Shown here one piece after another: positions 30,272 to 38,976 of a DNA stretch of 64,000 bases. A model generated the notes under the pieces. It saw only the letters and a program-made list of their open reading frames with translations, did no database searches and was not told where the DNA came from. Numbering within the stretch: position 1 is the stretch's first letter; each line of letters opens with the position of its first letter. This DNA is from an uncultured Fibrobacteria bacterium (lineage in GTDB: Bacteria > Fibrobacterota > Fibrobacteria > UBA11236): assembly GCA_963716395.1 (NCBI GenBank), contig OY970309.1, forward strand, positions 3,040,001 to 3,104,000. Direction: 5' to 3'. The translations under genes and the position numbers were made by a program.

Positions 30272-30583
30272 GGGGGCAAAGCTAAATAGCCTTTATCGAT
30301 TCGGTAGGCAACGCCGAGCGGCCGGGGATTTTGAAATAGGCGAGAGTTTCCATGGCCGTAATCCGGTGTCGGCGCTTCGCAATCGGGGTGCTCGAAAACG
30401 GTGTGCCATTCTGACTTGGAGCGATTTTTTTCCAGCAGAATATCTTTCCATGAATTATCTTAGGGAACCAAACTTGAAGTGGAGATCGTCAAACTTTTTC
30501 CTCTTTCTAACCTTTTCCTATTTGTAAGTAGAGCACAATATTTTTCTTTGATTATCTACCCAGGAAAATTGGAATCGCAGCGA

Positions 30584-31105
30584 ATGAAAATATGCCGAAC
30601 CGTTGATTTGCTCCGAAACGAGTTTCGAGGGCATATTCCCTTGGCCGTTTTGTGTTTAACATGGGTGTTGCATGCCGGCAGCGAATCGCCACCGCCTTTG
30701 ATGCAGAAATACGATTGCCTTTCCTGCCATCGGGTGGACAGCAAATTGGTGGGGCCGGCATTTCAAGATGTGGCCAAGCGCTATACCATGGCCGATCTTT
30801 CCACTTTGGTGAAAAAGGTCAAGACGGGAGGATCGGGCAATTGGGGTGCCATTCCCATGATTCCGCATCCTTCGGTCCCCGACGCCGATATCCAAAAATT
30901 GGTGACCTGGATCTTGTCGCTGAACCCGCATTCCGTCGGAAGTGTGGCGCCGGCTCAGAGACCGAAACTCCAGCGCCGATGTCATTTAAAAAAGTCGAAG
31001 TCGATACCGGGGTGCTTAAAGTCGGCGAGGCCGTTTACCGGCGTGATTGCGCGGCTTGCCATGGAATTGCCGGAGACGGGCAAGGCCGGGCGGCCCAATA
31101 CCTGA
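30584..31105 (+). CDS. class I cytochrome c (c551/c552-like); probable N-terminal part of a frameshifted triheme protein
   Basis: Signal peptide, CLSCH, LVGPAF, GGSGNWGAIPM (axial Met); the tail after WILSL looks out of frame. Confidence 0.8.
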   Translation: MKICRTVDLLRNEFRGHIPLAVLCLTWVLHAGSESPPPLMQKYDCLSCHRVDSKLVGPAFQDVAKRYTMADLSTLVKKVKTGGSGNWGAIPMIPHPSVPDADIQKLVTWILSLNPHSVGSVAPAQRPKLQRRCHLKKSKSIPGCLKSARPFTGVIARLAMELPETGKAGRPNT

Positions 31106-31857
31106 ATCCGCGCCCCCGTGACTTCACCATGGGTCAATTCAAGTTTCGCAGTACCCCGAGCGGGAGTTTGCCCACCGATGCGGATTTGTTGCGCACCATA
31201 AACCGGGGTATTCCGGGTACAGAAATGCCTTCGTTTAAGTCTATTCTGACGGATGATGAGAAGCAGGCGGTTATCGCCTACCTGAAAACTTTTTTCCCTC
31301 CCGGGGAGAATGCCGCTCCGCCGGCACCCATTTCCATTCCCGAAGTTCCGGCCAATTTGGAATCGCACGCACAAACGGGACGATACGTTTACATGTTGAT
31401 GGAATGCTGGAATTGTCACGGCACACAAGGCCGCGGCAACGGAATGTTGGCCGATTCGTTGAAAGATGCCTGGGGTAATGTCATCCACCCGCGTAACTTG
31501 ACCCGGTTGCCCTATAAGGCCGGCAGCGATCCGGAATCGATTTACCGCACGCTGGCGACCGGAATGAACGGCACCCCCATGCCGGTATTCGACGACATGC
31601 GCATGTTATTCGGCTCCAATTACCAAGTGGATGAAGCCCGCTTTCATCAACTCTATTCGCAACATGAAATCAATGGGTTGATCGCCTGGCTGCATTCGCA
31701 GCCCAATGACGGCGCCCTGCAAAACATGAGCGCGGATCAAAAAAGAGAACTGGCGCAGAAACGCCGTTGGGCCCTGGTCGGTTATGTCGAGTCGTTGATC
31801 AAGCCGACCAATTTTTTAGTCAAAATGTTTGGCGAGAATACCGAAACTACGCATTGA
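30979..31857 (+). CDS. diheme cytochrome c domain (C-terminal part, -1 frame relative to preceding ORF)
   Basis: CAACH and CWNCH; PRPRDFT, GIPGTEMP, GMNGTPMP; no signal peptide of its own. Confidence 0.8.
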   Translation: MSFKKVEVDTGVLKVGEAVYRRDCAACHGIAGDGQGRAAQYLNPRPRDFTMGQFKFRSTPSGSLPTDADLLRTINRGIPGTEMPSFKSILTDDEKQAVIAYLKTFFPPGENAAPPAPISIPEVPANLESHAQTGRYVYMLMECWNCHGTQGRGNGMLADSLKDAWGNVIHPRNLTRLPYKAGSDPESIYRTLATGMNGTPMPVFDDMRMLFGSNYQVDEARFHQLYSQHEINGLIAWLHSQPNDGALQNMSADQKRELAQKRRWALVGYVESLIKPTNFLVKMFGENTETTH

Positions 31858-31885
31858 AGAAATTGAATAAAGAGGAGGCAAGGGC

Positions 31886-32380
31886 ATGATAAGGTTGTTA
31901 CGACGCGCGATTCCGGCTGCGGCGATTCTGGCGTTATGGTCCGGATGCATTGAGCCCGTGGGGAACGGCATCGATATGAACCCCTATGGGGTACCTCCCG
32001 GACCTGGATATTTCGTAAACGCGATCTATCCGATTTTCCAAAAACCACAATATGGTTGCACGACTTGCCATAGTCAGTACGGACCCGGCTATCAAGGAAC
32101 CGGAGGCGCCCAGGGGGGCCTGGATCTTACCGAGTCACCGGATTCGGTGTATGCACTTTTGGTGAACCATCTGGCGTATGAACCCAGCAATGATATCACC
32201 CCGCCCTACTCGATGTACCGGGTTGATCCCGGAAATCCCAATAGTAGCTACTTGTATTTGAAACTTTCAGAATCACACCCCCCTTATGGAGGGCAGATGC
32301 CTTTGACAGGACCTCCATTTTTGTCAGTCCAGGACCTTAACACCATCTTGATTTGGATTCAAGCCGGAGCACCGAAATAA
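31886..32380 (+). CDS. monoheme cytochrome c lipoprotein
   Basis: LWSGC lipobox, CTTCH, VDPGNPNSSYLY..K, QMP, WIQAGA. Confidence 0.85.
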   Translation: MIRLLRRAIPAAAILALWSGCIEPVGNGIDMNPYGVPPGPGYFVNAIYPIFQKPQYGCTTCHSQYGPGYQGTGGAQGGLDLTESPDSVYALLVNHLAYEPSNDITPPYSMYRVDPGNPNSSYLYLKLSESHPPYGGQMPLTGPPFLSVQDLNTILIWIQAGAPK

Positions 32381-32406
32381 TGATGAAACGTAAAGGGAAA
32401 AAGCCG

Positions 32407-33555
32407 ATGTCGAAAAAAAACTGGTGGATCTTCGCGGGTCTCTGTTTGGGGGTAGCCGGCACCGTGGAGGCCGAGCCTTATATCGCGGTGCGCACGGGAT
32501 TCAAATGCAGTGTCTGCCATGTGAACCATACGGGCGGCGGCAAACGTACGGATTATGGGTATGTCTATAGCCAATACCAGCTTATTATGAAGGCCACGCA
32601 GCTTGAATCGGCCGATGACAATCTGGATCCCAAGCTGAACAAATCCATTTCCGTGGGGGCGAATTTCCGCGTATTTCAAACCCATTCCCTTTCTTATGGG
32701 TGGACTCCGCCCGATTCGACGGTAACGCCTTATTTCGCGGGGGATACGGCCGATTTCAAGCGCATCAATCTCGGATCAAACGATGCCACCAGTATTGATG
32801 AAGGCAATCTGTATTTGGAATTCGATCTCATCCGTAATCTGATGACTCTTTACATGGACGAAACCGTGGCGCCAACCCCACTAAATCGGGAAATGTGGGG
32901 TATGATTCAATTGCCTTGGAACAGTTATTTCAAATTCGGAAACATGCTGCTCCCATACGGCTTTCGCCTGATGGACGATCAAGCTTTCGTGCGTCAGTAT
33001 ACGGGCTATACCTATAAAACCACGAGTTTGGGGTATGAAGTGGGCATCGAACCAGGCCCGCTTTCGGCCATCTTCAACCTGACTTCTAATAAATTTTCCA
33101 CCGTCGATTATGTGGTCTTCAACAACATGCCGGTGATTCGCACCGTGCGTGTAGGCGGCTCGTATGCCATGGCCGTGCGAAAGCAGGGCAACCCGACGCG
33201 GAAAAAAGATCGGCAGCGCGGGGTATTTGCCGGATTCAGCGCCGGAATGTTTACGGTTTTGGGGGAACGCGATTATATCACCAGTCCCGACAGCGTGTAT
33301 TCCCGGGCGGATTACCTTGAACTCGATGTTCTGCCGATTCAGGGTTTCAACATCAAATGCGTCTACGAATATTATTGGCCCGATGAGGTCGCACCGGCCA
33401 AAGAAGACGGTTTAAGAAGGATCACAGTAGGTGTCGAGCCCTTCATAGCACCTTTCTTGCAAGTCGGTTTATACTATCGGAAAAACGATGCCCCTCCACA
33501 AAATGGCACGGCCAACCAAGACCAAATCGTGGGAAGATTCCACGCTTTCTTCTAA
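32407..33555 (+). CDS. cytochrome c - porin fusion (Cyc2-like architecture)
   Basis: Signal peptide, then EPYIAVRTGFKCSVCH at the mature N-terminus, then ~330 aa of amphipathic beta strands ending GRFHAFF. Alternative start 32380. Confidence 0.75.
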   Translation: MSKKNWWIFAGLCLGVAGTVEAEPYIAVRTGFKCSVCHVNHTGGGKRTDYGYVYSQYQLIMKATQLESADDNLDPKLNKSISVGANFRVFQTHSLSYGWTPPDSTVTPYFAGDTADFKRINLGSNDATSIDEGNLYLEFDLIRNLMTLYMDETVAPTPLNREMWGMIQLPWNSYFKFGNMLLPYGFRLMDDQAFVRQYTGYTYKTTSLGYEVGIEPGPLSAIFNLTSNKFSTVDYVVFNNMPVIRTVRVGGSYAMAVRKQGNPTRKKDRQRGVFAGFSAGMFTVLGERDYITSPDSVYSRADYLELDVLPIQGFNIKCVYEYYWPDEVAPAKEDGLRRITVGVEPFIAPFLQVGLYYRKNDAPPQNGTANQDQIVGRFHAFF

Positions 33556-33845
33556 CGCGGCTTGATGGCGTCCCGCTCATTTTTCGGTTTGAAACCGGAG
33601 TGAGCGGGAATTCCTTTTGCACCCCATTTTCTCCGCGTGCATATAAACCCAACGACGAAAAATCGACCCGCTGATGTGAAGGTGGGCGCAATCGTGCGTT
33701 TTTCCGGAATAAGGTAGATCTGTGCCATATTGGCGAATTCATGTTATTTATGGCAATTTTTCATTAGCTTTGCAGCAATAATTCCGATTACGGCCAGTTT
33801 TTGGGTAAAAAAATGGAGGATCGTTTCTTGCTTGAACAGAGCGAC

Positions 33846-35219
33846 ATGAACCCGAAAAAACGTTTGTTGATCCTGGATGACGAGCAAGGCATTCTCGAAT
33901 CTCTCTCGCGAGCCTTGCACGGAGCCGAGTACGAAATCGTCACCTCCTCCGATCCCGCCAAATCCATAGAGAACCTGAAAACCATCCTGCCGCAAACCGT
34001 CATCACCGACCTCAAGATGCCGGGACTGGGAGGCCTGCAGGTCTTGCAGCGCGTGAAGGAATTCAATCCCAATATCCAGGTGATTGTCATTACCGGCCAC
34101 GGCTCCATCGACGAAGCCGTCTCGGCCATGAAAGCGGGCGCCTACGACTTCATCCCCAAGCCGTTCAACAAACAGGAAATCGTCGCCGTCGTAAACCGCG
34201 CCTTTGAAAAGGTGTTTTTGCTGGAAGAAAATCTTTTGCTGCGGGAAAAACTCCGCAAGAGCCAGGCCCCAACTTTCGAAACCGGCAAAAGCCGGGTCTT
34301 CAAGGAATTGTTGCATCGCTCGGCCCAGGCTGCGAACAGCGAGGCCACCATTCTCATTCTGGGTGAATCGGGAACGGGTAAAGAAGTGTTGGCCAATTAC
34401 ATCGTGTTGAATTCGCCGCGCGCTTCGCAGCCTTTCGTCACCGTCAATTGCGCCGCCATTCCGGAAAACCTCATCGAGGCCGAATTGTTCGGCTATAAGA
34501 AAGGTTCGTTTACCGGTGCCTATCAGGACAAGAAAGGCAAGTTTTTGGAGGCCAACGGCGGTTCCATCATGCTCGACGAAATCGGTGAAATCCCCTTGGG
34601 CGTGCAATCCAAGCTCTTGCGGATTCTGCAAGAAGGCGAGGTCAGTCCCGTGGGCGGCAATGCCCAAAAGGTGGATGTGCGCGTAATCGCCGCCACCAAT
34701 AAAAACCTGCGTAAAATGGTGGAGGCCGGTACCTTTCGCGAAGATCTGTTTTACCGGCTGAACGTCATTCCTTTACAGATTCCCCCGCTGCGGCAAAGAC
34801 CCGAAGATTTGCATGCTCTGATCTCTTTTTTCATCGCCAAGTACTGCAAAAAGAATAAACGCACCAACCTTTCCATCAGTCCCGAAGCCTTGAAGCTGAT
34901 GGAGCACTATGCGTGGCCGGGCAATATCCGCGAGCTGGAAAATGCCATCGAACGCGCCGTCATTCTATGCCTCGGACATCAAATCACCGTGGAGGATTTG
35001 CCCGATGAACTGAATCACGACACCGATGCGGCCGGTCAGTTTACCATTGAACAGGGAATGACCTTGGAAGAAATCGAATTGGCCGTAATTCAAAACTCGC
35101 TGAAACACCATCACGGCGACAAGGCCAAAACCGCGGAGGAGTTGGGCATCAGCCTGCGCACCATTTACCGCAAGTTGGATAGCATCGTCTCCTCCGAGGC
35201 CCAGAAACAAGCGCCTTAG
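33846..35219 (+). CDS. sigma54-dependent Fis-family response regulator (NtrC-like)
   Basis: REC domain (LDDE, ITDLKMP), GESGTGKE, ELFG, GSFTGA, FREDLFYRLNV, WPGNIREL, HTH. Start uncertain (33813 possible). Confidence 0.95.
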   Translation: MNPKKRLLILDDEQGILESLSRALHGAEYEIVTSSDPAKSIENLKTILPQTVITDLKMPGLGGLQVLQRVKEFNPNIQVIVITGHGSIDEAVSAMKAGAYDFIPKPFNKQEIVAVVNRAFEKVFLLEENLLLREKLRKSQAPTFETGKSRVFKELLHRSAQAANSEATILILGESGTGKEVLANYIVLNSPRASQPFVTVNCAAIPENLIEAELFGYKKGSFTGAYQDKKGKFLEANGGSIMLDEIGEIPLGVQSKLLRILQEGEVSPVGGNAQKVDVRVIAATNKNLRKMVEAGTFREDLFYRLNVIPLQIPPLRQRPEDLHALISFFIAKYCKKNKRTNLSISPEALKLMEHYAWPGNIRELENAIERAVILCLGHQITVEDLPDELNHDTDAAGQFTIEQGMTLEEIELAVIQNSLKHHHGDKAKTAEELGISLRTIYRKLDSIVSSEAQKQAP

Positions 35220-35221
35220 TC

Positions 35222-35641
35222 CTAGGGCGGCGCCTGTGCTCCCACGTGCAATCCGTTGGCCAAAGCACGAATGAGGATGGCCGCCTTTTCCAATTCTTCC
35301 AAGAGCACCCTTCCATCCGGGCTTTGATCGAATTGACCTTGCAGAGCCTCGGCATGCAGCGATTCACCCCAGGCGGCCAACAGGCGGTCGGATTCAGGTG
35401 GACCGATTTCCCGCTGTACCTCCTTTTGCAGGCGAGGTGACAGCGCTTGCAGCAACGTGCAAGCGGGTTCCAGGTCGGAGCCGGAATTTATCGCAGCCAC
35501 CAAATCGTCCAGGCCCTTGCCGGTGTCGCGAAAAATCCCGGCTATTTCCGGCAGTTGCGCCGGATCTCGCCGCGCGAATTTTTGCTCGAATTGGATCAGT
35601 CGCCGCGCGAAATAGCTGATGGTTTGCACCGGAGCGGCCAT
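35222..35641 (-). CDS. hypothetical helical protein
   Basis: 139 aa ORF 12 bp downstream of the DUF1080 gene, natural composition. Confidence 0.6.
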   Translation of the reverse strand: MAAPVQTISYFARRLIQFEQKFARRDPAQLPEIAGIFRDTGKGLDDLVAAINSGSDLEPACTLLQALSPRLQKEVQREIGPPESDRLLAAWGESLHAEALQGQFDQSPDGRVLLEELEKAAILIRALANGLHVGAQAPP

Positions 35642-35653
35642 CCGTATCCCAGG

Positions 35654-36823
35654 CTATAAGGAAGAGGTGGAAACCGAGGGCCATCGCCGGCCGTCGGGTG
35701 AAACCAGAAAGGGAAGATCCGGAGCGTCCAGTAGGTAGTGAAAATGGTTGCGGGTGGGAACGAGATACACAGCTTTGCGCGCCGCCGGACGCGGCAGCAC
35801 GGGGGAGGTGGAGGAATCGACAATCCAAATATTCCGGAAGGCTACCGAGTCGGTATGGTATTGCAGTCGAATCGGGCCCGGCGCGGGCCCTTCGGGATCG
35901 CCCAGCAAGGTGCTGTTCAGCAAAGTCCGGTTGCCATGGATGGTTACTCCATTCTGGACTACGGTCACGTGGGCCGAATCGAGTTTGATGGTACCCGTGG
36001 AGTCAAACCGCGCCGCCTGAAAGGCGATGTCGTAGGTTTGCCACACCCGAGGGGGAAAGCACATGTTCACAGTCGGCGCCCATTGCTCCCAGAATGCTCC
36101 GCAATGGCGTTTGGGTTCGAGCGTATCGGTTTTGGCCAAATCCGGAAGGCATTGTCCGAAGCTATCCAGAATTTGGACTTCGTAGCGGTTTTGTAAAACC
36201 ACTCCGCTATTGGAGCGGTTTTGACCCGTCTGCGTAGGTTCAAACGGCAGACGGAATTCCAAATGCAAGGTGAAATTCCGGAAAGATTGCACCGAAATTG
36301 CTCCATCCGATTCCGTGACCCCGGTTGGCAGCAAATCCCCGTTCCCGTCCAGGACGGCATGGGTCCAGGCAGAAACCGACGAGCCGTCGAACAAAACCAA
36401 GGCTCCGGCCGGAGGCGGCTTGCCCAAGTCCGGGCTTTGGCGATGCACCTTTTGCAGCCGGAGGAGAGATCCGGAAGCGGCCCTTCCCGCCAGCGTTGTG
36501 CCGCTGGAATCCACGGTGAGCGAGTCACCGTTTTGCTGAAACAGCACCGAGCCGTTTTGCCAGGCGCCGGGAACGATTTGATAGGTTTGGCCGTCCCAAC
36601 CCGCACCGGGCAAGCCCCCCGTTAACAAGAGCATCCGGAAAGTACCCTGACCCAGGGCCATGACCTGCGCGCCCATGGCCGTTTGTGTGGCGCTGTCAAC
36701 TCCGGCATACTCCCCTTGCAGCGAATAATCGTCTTCATTTCCCGCCCCGGTCAATGATTGCGATTGGCCGCAGGCGAATAAACACAGCGTTATCCACGGA
36801 ATTCCCCGCGACCGAATCGGCAT
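35654..36823 (-). CDS. DUF1080 (3-keto-disaccharide hydrolase-like) secreted protein
   Basis: LFDGS, FTLHLEFR, NSGV, YEVQILDS, WQTYDI, GPIRLQYH, VAFRNIW. Confidence 0.88.
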   Translation of the reverse strand: MPIRSRGIPWITLCLFACGQSQSLTGAGNEDDYSLQGEYAGVDSATQTAMGAQVMALGQGTFRMLLLTGGLPGAGWDGQTYQIVPGAWQNGSVLFQQNGDSLTVDSSGTTLAGRAASGSLLRLQKVHRQSPDLGKPPPAGALVLFDGSSVSAWTHAVLDGNGDLLPTGVTESDGAISVQSFRNFTLHLEFRLPFEPTQTGQNRSNSGVVLQNRYEVQILDSFGQCLPDLAKTDTLEPKRHCGAFWEQWAPTVNMCFPPRVWQTYDIAFQAARFDSTGTIKLDSAHVTVVQNGVTIHGNRTLLNSTLLGDPEGPAPGPIRLQYHTDSVAFRNIWIVDSSTSPVLPRPAARKAVYLVPTRNHFHYLLDAPDLPFLVSPDGRRWPSVSTSSL

Positions 36824-36851
36824 AATTTCTCCCGCTTTTAAATTAAGCGGA

Positions 36852-37778
36852 TTAACGGTGTCCGAAATGAATATTTCTTTGGAACTGGATTTTTTTATTC
36901 AACCCGCTTTGCTGCATGCCCTGCACCGCTGCATGCAGAAACCCCAGGACGGATTCCAATTCGTCGTACAAGGTGCGATCGCGCAACAGGGCACCAGCCA
37001 AGCCGGTGGAATCTTGCAATTGATGCATCACCATTTCGGCGCGCGTTAAATTCCAGGCAATTTTGTTTTCGGCCGAATCCACGACGACCAACCCTTGGCC
37101 CGTGCGGTTCCAAACCCGGTCAAGCCCGGATTGCGAAGCGCGCAATCCGCGGTTGGCCTGATCTCCAAAGCGTTCCATGGCGGCGGTGCTTTGAACCACC
37201 CGGCGTTCGAGCGGGTCGATGGCCTGCGTCAAGCGTTGCATGCGCAGCAGGCTTCCGGTCAATTCGCGGTTCAAACGCTGGGGCGACAGCGGAGCTTGAT
37301 CCCTGACGAACAGCCGCTCCCAGTCGACCTCCAGACGTTCCACCCAGATTACCAGGTCATCCGCGCGGCGCAAAGCTTCGACGGCGCTGGGCGCAAACAG
37401 GCCTTCTTGCACGCGTGTCTCGTCCAGGGGACGGGAAGAATGTCCCGGAACCAAAACCACCGCGCGGGTGCCCAAAAGCGATTGGTTGAAATCGACGAAG
37501 CGGGTATCCGCGGCGAGAAAGTTCCGGTGGTAAAGTTCGAGGGTGACCAGGGCGGTACGGCCGTCTTGGTCCATGGCGATATCCTCCACCTGGCCAACCA
37601 CCACCCCAAACTCGGTGACGGGATCGTCCCGCATCAACGATCCGGTTTCCGACAGATGCAGGTGCACATAGCGATGCGGGGCGTACGCAGCGCGGTGGAA
37701 CAGGCCTCCGATCGCGGCGGCCAGCACGACCAGGAACAAAATCGTCAGATAACCGGTGAGACGGGCGTTGGCATCCAT
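36852..37778 (-). CDS. MlaD/MCE family protein
   Basis: N-terminal TM; GSL..DDPV...GVVVGQVEDI; SLLG; helical tail with GLAGALLRDRTLYDEL. Confidence 0.8.
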   Translation of the reverse strand: MDANARLTGYLTILFLVVLAAAIGGLFHRAAYAPHRYVHLHLSETGSLMRDDPVTEFGVVVGQVEDIAMDQDGRTALVTLELYHRNFLAADTRFVDFNQSLLGTRAVVLVPGHSSRPLDETRVQEGLFAPSAVEALRRADDLVIWVERLEVDWERLFVRDQAPLSPQRLNRELTGSLLRMQRLTQAIDPLERRVVQSTAAMERFGDQANRGLRASQSGLDRVWNRTGQGLVVVDSAENKIAWNLTRAEMVMHQLQDSTGLAGALLRDRTLYDELESVLGFLHAAVQGMQQSGLNKKIQFQRNIHFGHR

Positions 37779-37812
37779 GCGGCGTTCGCATCCTATTGTA
37801 CAATCATCCTCC

Positions 37813-38901
37813 ATGTTGGTGTTACGGGTTGCGGGGCAAAACGGTGGGTGGTGGCTGGGCGCGGCCCTGCTCGCCGGCTGCCAGCCGGGAACGCCACTGC
37901 ACGCATCGGCTTTGCCGGCTTCGCTGGCGCGGCGCACCTTCGCGCAAAGCGACGACCGGGATTTGGCCGACTATTTGTGCCGCTGGCATCCGCACGATTG
38001 GCGCGCCCATCTGGCGCGGGCCTTGGATGCCGACGCCTCCTCGCCACAGCGGCGCGCCGAGTTGACCGCCGCCTTGCGGCTGCGACCGCATGAGCCTCTT
38101 TTGTTGTACGCCCTGGCGGTGAACCTGCTGGCGGCGCATGCGCCTGCGGACGATTCCAATGCCGTGGCCTTGCTCACGGCAGCCCTGGCGCGCGATCCGG
38201 AAAACGGTGTGCTCGATCTGACGCGCGCGGTGGCACAGGCGCGCCTTGGCCGCGTCTTCGCCGCGCGCACGGTGTTCCTTGCCACGCGCGGATTTCCCCG
38301 GGGCGACTTGTACGGCCGCCGTTTGGAAGACGCCTTGCTCGGCATGCTCGACACGGGATTGCGGCTCAATCCCTATGATGTGATTCAGGCCGAAGACTGG
38401 TACCGCGCCCTGCCTTTGCCGCCGGTGGCGGAATGGTCCGGCGCTTTGGAAACCATTTTTCTCGATCCGCTGCAGCAGCATCCCTACGATATCCGCGCAC
38501 GCGGCCGCGAAGCCGCGCTGGGGTTGTACCGGTTGGGCAGGTGCCTAGTCGACGCCTCTTTGGATCCGGAGCGGATTTTCTCGGATGGCCGCGAAGAGCG
38601 CATGCTGGGCTGGCTTTTGCAAACCAAGGCCGCGCAATTTCTGGCCGATTACAACCGGACCTTTGCGCGGCCGGTCAAGGGGTTCGCCCCGGCAGAGCAA
38701 ATTGCGCTGCGCCTGCAAGCCGCGGTGGATGCGCCGGATGTCCCCCCGCGCGATTGGGAACTTTTTCTCGGAGATTGGGAGCGACTGGGCCAAACCAACC
38801 CTGATGAGACCTTGGGTTGGGCGGCACAACGCATGCAAACCGCAAGCTTGTGGCGCAAGGTGTTGCGGCATCGGCTTCACGCAGATCCGAGCGCAGACTA
38901 A
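37813..38901 (+). CDS. TPR-like lipoprotein
   Basis: LLAGC lipobox; AALRLRP and AALARDPENG TPR-like motifs. Confidence 0.65.
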   Translation: MLVLRVAGQNGGWWLGAALLAGCQPGTPLHASALPASLARRTFAQSDDRDLADYLCRWHPHDWRAHLARALDADASSPQRRAELTAALRLRPHEPLLLYALAVNLLAAHAPADDSNAVALLTAALARDPENGVLDLTRAVAQARLGRVFAARTVFLATRGFPRGDLYGRRLEDALLGMLDTGLRLNPYDVIQAEDWYRALPLPPVAEWSGALETIFLDPLQQHPYDIRARGREAALGLYRLGRCLVDASLDPERIFSDGREERMLGWLLQTKAAQFLADYNRTFARPVKGFAPAEQIALRLQAAVDAPDVPPRDWELFLGDWERLGQTNPDETLGWAAQRMQTASLWRKVLRHRLHADPSAD

Positions 38902-38976
38902 AGAGTTTGTTCGTGATCGGGGTAAAACTGGAACTTTTTTTTGCCTGTGTTTCCAATTGAGTGCAAGCAATTTAGG

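Noticed and set aside
30395-30412. Sigma54 promoter (TGGCAC on minus strand)
   Set aside because: No TTGC at the -12 position, and it points away from the cytochrome genes.
30190-33800. Genomic island integrated at tRNA-Ser
   Set aside because: The lower-GC block lies on the 5' side of the tRNA, and no integrase or duplicated tRNA 3' end was found.
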